Assembly (NCBI GenBank): GCA_965220965.1
Contig: OZ244852.1
Span: forward strand, 1,536,001-1,600,000
From: Candidatus Marinacidobacterium sp.
GTDB lineage: Bacteria > Acidobacteriota > Vicinamibacteria > Marinacidobacterales > Marinacidobacteraceae
Direction of reading: 5' to 3'
DNA: 64,000 nucleotides
The notes under the pieces are model-generated. The model saw only the letters and a program-made list of their open reading frames with translations, did no database searches and had not been told where the DNA came from. Each line of letters starts with the position of its first letter. Within the stretch, counting starts at the first letter, position 1. Positions 18,829 through 26,873 of this stretch are shown piece by piece. The position numbers and the translations under genes were made by a program.

Positions 18829-21332
18829 CAGCCGCCCCCTTCGCCGCCGATCTCGCGGAGCGGGAGGTTCCCGAGCCGGTAGCGCTCCCAGCCCCGGTAG
18901 TCGAAGTGCCACCACTCGTTCTCGTAGACGGTGAAGCCGTCGCGCTCCATCTCCCGGCGCACCAGCTCGCGCAGCCACCGCTGGCGCGAACTCCCGCCGA
19001 CGTAGCCCGGGAAAGCGCGCTCCGAGAACTCGTCGTACCCCGAGACGGTCGGCTCGGGGGCGCCGGTCGCCAGATCGTGGAGCCCGAGGTCCACCGCCGC
19101 GCCCCGGTTGTGCCGCGATCCGGACGAGGGGTCGGCGACGAAGATCCGCTGATGTTCGGGGGTCGCGTCGAAAAACATCTTCGTGACCCGCCACGGGCGG
19201 TAGCCGTCGTGGACGGTGATCCCCAGACCGTGATCGGCGAGCGCGCGGTGGACGCGGACGAGCGCCTCCGCCGCCGGGCGCTGGAGGAAGGCGTCGGCGA
19301 CCTCGTAGAAGGCCGCCGCCATGAAGTTGTCGGTCCCGGCGTAGCGCACATCGAGCCGGATCGAGTCGTCGAGGTCGGTGATCCGCACGAGGTCCGACTC
19401 GACGAAGTCGCCCTCCTCGACCGGCGGTTCGGCGTCCGCCGCGAGCGCCCGGAGCTCGTCGATGGGAAGCTGCGGCTCGATCCGGAACGTCCCCTCGCCG
19501 GGGCCGTCGCGGCGCGGGAAGACGATCCCGGAGAGCGACACGCCGGTGACGGCTCCATCGTCGCCGCGAAGGAACTCGAAGGACTCCCCGGGATAGAGGC
19601 CGCGGTCCGGGTAGTGGAAGCGGTCGGGATCGTCCGGGTCGGCGGTCAGCACCGCCCGCTCCAGCCACTCGATCAGCACCGCGAGCGCGCCGTCCTGCTC
19701 AAAGACGAAGAGGATGTTGTGGTCCCAGCCGTACTCCCCCATCAGGGGCAGGAACCGCGCCGGCGGCGGGGGCGGAAGGGGGTCGGGCGCCCGGCGGAAC
19801 ACGCCGCCTCCGGGCTCGACGGTGAGCGTCGTCTCCTCGCCCTCTCCGCGGACCACGAGGCGCGGCCCGAAGGTCAGGCGGGAGTCGGCCACCAGGGTCA
19901 GCGCTCCCGGTTCGGGGTCGGGCGCGGTCGAAGCGCGCAGCTCGAAGCTGGCGCCCGCGGTCTCCATCTCGAGCCGGTGCTCTTCCGGGCCGCGGGACGG
20001 ATCGGCGCGGGCGAGGAGCCGCACTCGGGCCCCGGCGGCGGCGCCCTCGCCTTCCCAGCGCCCGTGGAGCCGGCCTGCGACCCCGGCCGGGAGCGGCGCG
20101 GACCCGGCGTAGGCCACCGGGTCGCCCGACTCGCGGGTGAGGAGCTCCAGCAGCGCCTGCTCCACGATCCGGCCCGCCACCGCGTTCGTGAAGTCCACCG
20201 AGCTGACCGCGACCGCGCCGAGCCCCACCTCGGGAAGGAACGCCAGCTCGGTGGAGAACCCGTAGATCGCGCCCCCGTGGCCGACCCGGCGGTAACGCCT
20301 CCCCTCGGGCGCCTCGAGGTGACCGAGGTGGAAGCCGAGGCCGAACCCGGTGGCGTCCGCGCTGTCCTGCTCGCCGGGGAACTGGACGCGCCACATCTCG
20401 GCGAGGCCTTCGGAGTCGAGGACGCCGGGCAACTCGCCCCCGGCGAGCAGCGTCAGGAACCGGCCCAGATCGCGGACCGAGGTGACCATCGTCCCGGCGG
20501 GCGCCATCCCGAGCGGGAAAGAGGGGGCCGGGAACTCGCGTCCGTCGTAGCTCCACATGAGCCCGTCGGCGAGCCGGTCGGCCGGAGCGGCGGCGAGCGA
20601 GAACCAGCTCGAGTCGAGGCCAAGCGGCGCGAGGACCTCGCCGGCCACCGCGTCGGCGAACGGGCTCCCCGACGCGTGCTCGAGAACCCGTCCCACGACG
20701 GCGATCGCGGCGTTCGAGTACTTCTGCCGGGCGCCCGGAGGGAACACCAGCGGGACCCCGTTCAGGCTGTCCACCGTCGCCTCGAGCGTCGGCGACGAGT
20801 CGTCGAAGTAGTGGCCCACCAGCGGCTCGCGCACCAGTCCGGCGCGGTGCGCCATCAGCCGCCGCAGCGTGATCCCGTCGGCCGGCTCGCCGGCCGCTCC
20901 CGGCGCGAATCCGGGGAGCGCCTGCGCGACCTCGGCGTCGAGGTCGAGGGCGCCGCGCTGGTGGCGCGCCACGACCGCGATGTCGGTGAACAGCTTGGAC
21001 ACCGAGCCGACGCGGAAGAGGGTGTCGGCGTCCGCGGCAACGCCGGGCCGGGCCTCGCCGAACCCCTCCGCCCAGACGATGCGGTCGCCGTCGGTGAGCG
21101 CGACCGCCACCGCCGGGATCGCCTTGTGCTCCATCTCGGCGTCCACGAAGTCCCCGAGCCGGGCGGCGAGGTCTTCGTAGCCGGGCGACGGGCCGATGAC
21201 GGCGGGCGCCTCTGAGACCGGGGCGCCGCAGCCGGCGAGCGCGACGGAGAGCGCCGCCGGCGCCAGGAAGCGGGCGAGCGGCGGGCGGGCTCCCGCCGGT
21301 CGCGAGCCGCGGCGGCGCTTGCCGGCGGTCAC
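18828..21332 (-). CDS. Lipoprotein: class C beta-lactamase-like serine hydrolase fused to VanX/DdpX (M15D) D-Ala-D-Ala dipeptidase
   Basis: Lipobox LAGC; SxxK (GSVSK), YSN, HGG; C-terminal DGYRP, SRHNRGAAVDL, EWWHF. Confidence 0.85.
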   Translation of the reverse strand: MTAGKRRRGSRPAGARPPLARFLAPAALSVALAGCGAPVSEAPAVIGPSPGYEDLAARLGDFVDAEMEHKAIPAVAVALTDGDRIVWAEGFGEARPGVAADADTLFRVGSVSKLFTDIAVVARHQRGALDLDAEVAQALPGFAPGAAGEPADGITLRRLMAHRAGLVREPLVGHYFDDSSPTLEATVDSLNGVPLVFPPGARQKYSNAAIAVVGRVLEHASGSPFADAVAGEVLAPLGLDSSWFSLAAAPADRLADGLMWSYDGREFPAPSFPLGMAPAGTMVTSVRDLGRFLTLLAGGELPGVLDSEGLAEMWRVQFPGEQDSADATGFGLGFHLGHLEAPEGRRYRRVGHGGAIYGFSTELAFLPEVGLGAVAVSSVDFTNAVAGRIVEQALLELLTRESGDPVAYAGSAPLPAGVAGRLHGRWEGEGAAAGARVRLLARADPSRGPEEHRLEMETAGASFELRASTAPDPEPGALTLVADSRLTFGPRLVVRGEGEETTLTVEPGGGVFRRAPDPLPPPPPARFLPLMGEYGWDHNILFVFEQDGALAVLIEWLERAVLTADPDDPDRFHYPDRGLYPGESFEFLRGDDGAVTGVSLSGIVFPRRDGPGEGTFRIEPQLPIDELRALAADAEPPVEEGDFVESDLVRITDLDDSIRLDVRYAGTDNFMAAAFYEVADAFLQRPAAEALVRVHRALADHGLGITVHDGYRPWRVTKMFFDATPEHQRIFVADPSSGSRHNRGAAVDLGLHDLATGAPEPTVSGYDEFSERAFPGYVGGSSRQRWLRELVRREMERDGFTVYENEWWHFDYRGWERYRLGNLPLREIGGEGGG

Positions 21333-22645
21333 CGGCGGTCCGCCGTGGGGAGCGGGGTCGGAACGTCGGCCCACACCGGGTCCTCCAGCGTGTCCGGGGC
21401 CGGGCCGCCGAGCTCCCAGCCCGCCGGACGCCCGCCGAGGGCGTCATCGAAGAAGTCGCTCACCCGGTTCCAGAAGACCCCCCTCGGGGGGTAGCTGTCG
21501 AAGCCGTGCTCGCCGCCGGGCAGCAGCCAGCGGCGCGACGGCAGGCCGGCGGCGAGGCGCGCCTCGTGGAGCTCGAGGCTGTGGTCCGGCGGAACCTGGC
21601 GATCGCGGTCGCCGTGGATGAACAGCACCGGACCGGGCATCCCGGTGATGGCCTCGACCGGGCGCACATCGCGGATGCGGAGCCCGGTGCGCAGCCGCAC
21701 GAAGAACGCCAGCGGGGTCCGGAGCGCGGCGTCGCCTCCCCGGACCTCGAGCATCGAGCCCGCCGCCCGCCAGAGATCGGCGTAGGGGGCGTCGAGCGCC
21801 AGCGCCGGAAGGTCGCCGAGTTCGGCGGCGGCGTAGATCGCCGAGGCGGCGCCGTTCGAGGTGCCGAACACCACGACGCGTCCGGGGTCGGCGTCCGGCC
21901 GCTCGCGGGCGAAGCGGACCGCCGCGGCCACATCGTGGCGCTCGTTCATGGTGTAGGTGATGTAGCGGCCTTCGCTGTTCCCCCGCCCCGAGAGATCAAA
22001 GGTGAACAGCCCGTAGCCGCGGTCGCGGAAGAACTCCGCGCCGTGGTCGAGCGCCTGGAACCGCGAGGAATGGGCCCCGTGGACCCAGACCACCGTCCGA
22101 CCGTCGCCCTCTTCGGGGGGCGGGATCCACCAGCCCCGGATCCGGAAGCCGCTCCCCGAATCGAACTCCACCTCCTCGAACGGGAGTCCGAGGTCGCCGG
22201 GATGCCGCACGAACCGCACGAGCCGAACGTCGACCCGCGCCGGTTCGCCGTCCCGGACCACGTCGAGCGGGACCACGTCGCCGGCCTCCCGATCCCGGAC
22301 CAGCGCGCGGAGGGCGGAGCCCATCGTGTCGTGCGGTTTGCCGTCCACCGCGACCACCCGGTCCCCCTCCTCGAGCCCGGCCTCGCGCCCTTCGGCGGAG
22401 ACCCGGCGCATCACGAAGCCCCCGTTCTCGCGATCGGGCGAGGACCGGCCGAGGAAGATGATGCCGGGAGGCGGGCCGTCCTTCCTGGCCTCGACACCCA
22501 TGTACCCCGGGCCGTCGGGGCTCCGGCGCAACCCGGTGGTGTACGCCAGCGCCATCCGGTCCAGCATCCGCGCACCGTAGAGCGCCGGGAGAAGGACCGC
22601 CGCGGCGATGACGCCGCCCACCAGCACGCGCCGGGGAACCCGCAT
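21329..22645 (-). CDS. Membrane-anchored PDZ + alpha/beta hydrolase
   Basis: N-terminal TM; PDZ (AGLEEGDRVVAVDG); VHG, GTSNG, HGDRD.QVP, GGEH. Confidence 0.8.
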   Translation of the reverse strand: MRVPRRVLVGGVIAAAVLLPALYGARMLDRMALAYTTGLRRSPDGPGYMGVEARKDGPPPGIIFLGRSSPDRENGGFVMRRVSAEGREAGLEEGDRVVAVDGKPHDTMGSALRALVRDREAGDVVPLDVVRDGEPARVDVRLVRFVRHPGDLGLPFEEVEFDSGSGFRIRGWWIPPPEEGDGRTVVWVHGAHSSRFQALDHGAEFFRDRGYGLFTFDLSGRGNSEGRYITYTMNERHDVAAAVRFARERPDADPGRVVVFGTSNGAASAIYAAAELGDLPALALDAPYADLWRAAGSMLEVRGGDAALRTPLAFFVRLRTGLRIRDVRPVEAITGMPGPVLFIHGDRDRQVPPDHSLELHEARLAAGLPSRRWLLPGGEHGFDSYPPRGVFWNRVSDFFDDALGGRPAGWELGGPAPDTLEDPVWADVPTPLPTADRR

Positions 22646-22740
22646 GGCCCGGCATTCTACGGACCGCCCAGCCGGGGGGCGCCGCGCCGGACCCGGTCGG
22701 CAACAAACCGGGGGCCCCGCGCGTAAGGAAAGCAGGAGGA

Positions 22741-23406
22741 ATGCCCGACGGCCCGATTCGCGATGCGGCGACCCAGGAAGGATCCCGGCGGCGGACCGCG
22801 GACGCGCCCTCCCGCCTCGACGACCGCGCGATCTCCGGGCTGGTCCGGGAGTGCCAGGAAGCCGAGGACCCCGACTCCGGCTTCGGAACCGAGTCCGCCG
22901 CCCGCGCCTGGGGCGCGCTCCACACCCACTTCCATCCCCGGATCACCGCGTTTTGCCGACGCGCCCTGCCGGGGAGCGACGGCGAGGACCTCGCCTCCGA
23001 GATCATGCTGAAAGCCCGGTTCCGGATCGCCTCGTTCGACCTCGCGCGTCCGTTCGCCCCGTGGCTCTACCGGATCGCCGCCAACCGCTGCTGGGACGAA
23101 GCCCGGCGCTCCCGGCGCTCCGAACCGCTGGACGATGAAGAGGCCGCCGGGCTGGTGGCGGAGGCGCCGAGTCCGCTCGAGCTGGTCGCCACCCAGGAGA
23201 CCCGTGAGATGGTCCGCTCGGCGCTCGACCGCCTGCCCCGCCGTCAGCGGTTCGCGCTCACGCTGCGCTACCAGGCCGAACTCAGCTACCGCGAAATCGG
23301 CGAGGCGCTCGGGATCCCCCCGTCCCAGGTCGGCCCCGTGCTGCTCCGCGGCCGGCGCCGGATGCGCGTCCTCCTCGAGGCCGCCCCCGGAGGGGCCGAC
23401 ATCTGA
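22741..23406 (+). CDS. ECF RNA polymerase sigma factor
   Basis: EDL..E, F..WLYRIAAN...D region 2; LP..QR..L.LRY..ELSY.EI region 4. Confidence 0.9.
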   Translation: MPDGPIRDAATQEGSRRRTADAPSRLDDRAISGLVRECQEAEDPDSGFGTESAARAWGALHTHFHPRITAFCRRALPGSDGEDLASEIMLKARFRIASFDLARPFAPWLYRIAANRCWDEARRSRRSEPLDDEEAAGLVAEAPSPLELVATQETREMVRSALDRLPRRQRFALTLRYQAELSYREIGEALGIPPSQVGPVLLRGRRRMRVLLEAAPGGADI

Positions 23407-24980
23407 TGGCCCGAGGCGAAAGCTGCCGGTCCGAACTGGACCTCGCCGCGCTCCTCGACCAGGAGATGGACCACCAGATCGCGCTCGCGACCCGCCGCCA
23501 TCTGACGCGCTGCCTCGAGTGCAGCGAGCGGTACGAGGCGCTCCGCAGCGAGCACCGGTTGCTCGAGGCCGCGATCTCCGTGGAAGAGGAGGAGACCCGC
23601 GCGGTGCGCCTCGAGTTCGGCTGGGTCGTCGCGGCCGGTCTGCTCCTCTCCACCGGACTCCTCGTGTTCCGCCGTCTGCTGTCGGAGGCGGGGGGCGCCG
23701 ACGCCTCGCCGGTTCCGGAAGAACTGCTCACCCGGCTCGTCTACGGCCTGCTCCGCCTCGTCGACTTCGCCGCCATCCTGACCGAGATCTCCATCGGAGG
23801 CCTTCTCGCCATGACGCTCCTCGCCCTGACCCTCCTGACCGCCGCCGGCCGCCGACTCCGCCCGCGGGCCGCGCCCGTTCTTCTCGTCGGGGCGCTCGCA
23901 GCGACGCTCGCCGGCGTCCCCGCTCCCGCCGAGGCCTACGAGGTCCGCGCCGGACGCGAGGCCGACTGCCGGGTCGCCGAGGGCGAAGTGATCGAGGACG
24001 ACCTCGTCCTGATGTGTTCGAACGCCGTCATCGCCGGCGTCGTCCGCGGCGATGTCTACTACCTGGGGGAGTCCGTCACGGTGAGCGGCCGGGTGGACGG
24101 CGATCTGATGGGCCTGTCGGAGCGCATCGACATCGAGGGCGAGGTTGGCCTCAGTTGGCGGGGCGCGGCCCAGACCGCGCGGATCCTGGGACGCGTGGAG
24201 CGCGGGGTCACCGCGGCCGGGCAGCTCGTCGAGATCCGGCCGCGCGCCTCCGTCGGCGGAGGGGTGGTCCTCGCGGGGGAACACCTCATCGTGTCCGGCC
24301 CGGTCGCCCGCTCGCTCTTCGCCGCCGGCGGCCGGGTCGAGCTGGACAGCTCGGTCGGGGGCGACCTGCGGGTTGCGGCGGCCGGGCTCGAGATGGGTCG
24401 GAGCGCCTCGGTCGGCGGCTCGGCGGAGTACCACGGGGACCGCGAGCCGGTCCGGGCGCCCGGCGCTCCGCAGATCGAGTGGATCCGCGACGAGCCCGAG
24501 GAGACGAGCGCGTGGGAGGCGGTCTCCGGAGTCCTCCGGGGCTTCGGGCGGGCCTTCGTCCTGGGCGCCTTCCTCGTCCTGCTCGCCTCCGGCTCGATGG
24601 CCGGGATCGCGGCGGTCGGCGGCCGGCCGCTCGCGCCGATGGGCGTCGGGGTGCTGCTCTTCGTCGGCCTCCCGTTCACCGCGCTGCTGGCGGCGATTAC
24701 GCTCGTGGGGCTGCCGCTGGCGCTCACCCTCCTGGCGCTCTATCTCTTCCTGCTCTACGCGGCGCAGGTCGTGGCGGGCCTCGTCATCGGACAGGCGATC
24801 CTCGGACACGCCGACAGCCGCTGGCGGCGCCTGCTCCGGCTCGCCCTCGGCCTCGCGGTGGTGGCTGTCGCGGTCGAGATCCCGGTGGCGGGATTCGCGG
24901 TGAGCCTGCTCGTCATGTTCCTCGGGCTCGGCGCCGTCGGCCTGTGGGCGTGGAGGTCGAAGTCCACGGCGCTCGCGTGA
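23406..24980 (+). CDS. ZAS anti-sigma factor fused to a bactofilin-like beta-helix and a multi-TM C-terminal domain
   Basis: HLTRCLEC (HxxxCxxC), TM helices, repeated I.G.V.GD units, C-terminal TMs with IP..G. Coupled to the sigma gene. Confidence 0.75.
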   Translation: MARGESCRSELDLAALLDQEMDHQIALATRRHLTRCLECSERYEALRSEHRLLEAAISVEEEETRAVRLEFGWVVAAGLLLSTGLLVFRRLLSEAGGADASPVPEELLTRLVYGLLRLVDFAAILTEISIGGLLAMTLLALTLLTAAGRRLRPRAAPVLLVGALAATLAGVPAPAEAYEVRAGREADCRVAEGEVIEDDLVLMCSNAVIAGVVRGDVYYLGESVTVSGRVDGDLMGLSERIDIEGEVGLSWRGAAQTARILGRVERGVTAAGQLVEIRPRASVGGGVVLAGEHLIVSGPVARSLFAAGGRVELDSSVGGDLRVAAAGLEMGRSASVGGSAEYHGDREPVRAPGAPQIEWIRDEPEETSAWEAVSGVLRGFGRAFVLGAFLVLLASGSMAGIAAVGGRPLAPMGVGVLLFVGLPFTALLAAITLVGLPLALTLLALYLFLLYAAQVVAGLVIGQAILGHADSRWRRLLRLALGLAVVAVAVEIPVAGFAVSLLVMFLGLGAVGLWAWRSKSTALA

Positions 24981-24994
24981 GCCTGCGGGCCAGA

Positions 24995-25079
24995 AATCGA
25001 AACTTGCGCTTCGCGCCAGGTTTCGATTCGAGAGTTGCAAATTTGGGGAGGGGGACACCCCCTCCCCGGCCCTCCCCCC
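24995..25079. other. Intergenic double-hairpin element
   Basis: aatcgaaac(24995-25003)/gtttcgatt(25020-25028); ggggaggggg-aca-ccccctcccc (25045-25067); extra ccctcccccc at 25070-25079. Confidence 0.5.
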
Positions 25080-25218
25080 TATCTGCGTCGTCGCGCTCAC
25101 GAGATCGTCAATGCGGGTCTGGGCCATCCACATCTACACACTCCGCACAGCCGCAGAGCAGGCGCCACAGAGCGCTCAGCTACCGGTGAAGTGAGACTCC
25201 GTACAATCCCGCGCCGCC

Positions 25219-25737
25219 ATGGGCTGGATCTCCGATCTGATCTCCCCCAAGCGGGGCGAAGCCTCCCCTCCGCGCTGGCAGAGCGCCGCAGCCGCCGCTC
25301 CCCGGGAGGAGGCGCCGGACGCGCGGGAAGTGCGGATCGCCACCGCGGTGCTCCTTCTCGAGGTCTCGCAGGCCGACCACGAGGTGGACGACCGCGAACG
25401 CCGCGCCGCCGCGCAGGCCCTCCAGTCGGCCTTCGGGCTCAGCGCCGAGGAGACGTCCGGCGTTCTCGCCGAAGCCGACCGCCGCTCGGCGGAGTCGGTC
25501 TCGCTCTACGAGTTCGCGCGCGCCGTCGACCGGAGCTTTTCCGCCGCGCAGAAGGCGACGGTCATCGAGCTGCTGTTCCAGGTGGCCTTCGCCGACGCCA
25601 CCCTCGCCGGCGAGGAAGAGCACCTGATCCGCAAGGCGGCGTCGCTGCTCCACGTTTCGCACTCCGCCTTCATCGCGGCGAAGGCCCGCGCGCGGGCGAC
25701 GATGGAGGCCGCCGCCGGATCGCCGGCGAGCGGCTGA
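25219..25737 (+). CDS. TerB family protein
   Basis: A.LL.EV..AD.....E, LF.VAFAD..L...EE..IRK.A.LL. Confidence 0.8.
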   Translation: MGWISDLISPKRGEASPPRWQSAAAAAPREEAPDAREVRIATAVLLLEVSQADHEVDDRERRAAAQALQSAFGLSAEETSGVLAEADRRSAESVSLYEFARAVDRSFSAAQKATVIELLFQVAFADATLAGEEEHLIRKAASLLHVSHSAFIAAKARARATMEAAAGSPASG

Positions 25738-25749
25738 GCGAAGCCCCGC

Positions 25750-26808
25750 CTACCCGTCGAGAGCGTCCAGCACGGCGTCGGTGACCTCGCGGGTCCCGGC
25801 GCCGCCTCCCAGATCGCGGGGAAGGACATCGCCGTCCAGCGCGGCGTCCACCGCCGCCTCGATCGCGGCCGCCTCTTCGCCGAGGCCGAAGCTGTGCTCC
25901 AGCATGAGCGCCGCCGAGGAAATCGCCGCGAGCGGGTTCGCGACGCCCTGGCCGGCGATGTCGGGGGCCGAGCCGTGGACCGGCTCGTAGAGCCCGCCCC
26001 CGTCCCCCACGCTCGCCGACGGGAGCAGCCCCAGCGATCCGGCGAGCACCGAGGCCTCGTCGCTCAGGATGTCGCCGAAGAGGTTCCCGGTGAGCACGAC
26101 ATCGAACTGGCGCGGGTCCCGGACGATCTCCATCGCCGCCCGGTCCACGTACATGTGATCAAGCGCGACTCCCGGGTAGTCCCCGGCGAGGCCGGCGACG
26201 ACCTCCCGCCATAGCGCCGAGGTCTCGAGCACGTTGGCCTTGTCCACCGAGAGGAGCCGTCCCCGGCGGCGCCCGGCGGCCTCGAAGGCCACCCGGGCGA
26301 TCCGCTCGATCTCGCCGACGTCGTAGCGGAGGGTGTTCACCCCGACCCGGTCCGCGCCCTCCCCCGAGATCCCTCGCGGCGTCCCGTAGTAGAGGCCTCC
26401 GGTGAGCTCGCGCACGATGAGCAGATCGGTCCCGGCGATCGCCTCCGGGCGGAACGGGGAGTGCGGGAGAACCCGGCGGACGCGGACCGGCCGCAGGTTC
26501 GCGTAGGCGCCGAGCAGCTTCCGGAGTTCGAGGAGCGCCCGCTCGGGGCGCTCGGCGGCGGGCAGCCGGTCGTGCCGGGGGTCGCCGACGGCCCCCAGCA
26601 GGATGGCCGGCGCCTCGAGGCAGGCGGCGCGGGTCGCCGCCGGAAACGCCTCGCCGCCGCGGTCCCAGGCGGCCCCGGCGAAGTCGTGGCGCTCCACCTC
26701 GAGCCGGTGTCCGAAGCGCTCGGCCACCCGTTCGAGAATGCGCTCGGCCTCGGCGACGACGTCGGGACCGATCCCGTCACCCGGGAGACAGACGAACCGG
26801 AGGTCCAT
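25750..26808 (-). CDS. leuB: 3-isopropylmalate dehydrogenase
   Basis: PGDGIGP, ANLRP, VRELTGGLY, VDKANVL, NLFGDILSDEAS, EPVHGSAPDIAG. Confidence 0.95.
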   Translation of the reverse strand: MDLRFVCLPGDGIGPDVVAEAERILERVAERFGHRLEVERHDFAGAAWDRGGEAFPAATRAACLEAPAILLGAVGDPRHDRLPAAERPERALLELRKLLGAYANLRPVRVRRVLPHSPFRPEAIAGTDLLIVRELTGGLYYGTPRGISGEGADRVGVNTLRYDVGEIERIARVAFEAAGRRRGRLLSVDKANVLETSALWREVVAGLAGDYPGVALDHMYVDRAAMEIVRDPRQFDVVLTGNLFGDILSDEASVLAGSLGLLPSASVGDGGGLYEPVHGSAPDIAGQGVANPLAAISSAALMLEHSFGLGEEAAAIEAAVDAALDGDVLPRDLGGGAGTREVTDAVLDALDG

Positions 26809-26873
26809 GGCGGCGCGGGATCGTAGCCGAGGCGTACACTGCGGACCGGCGCGTCACGAGCGCCGCCCGCCCT

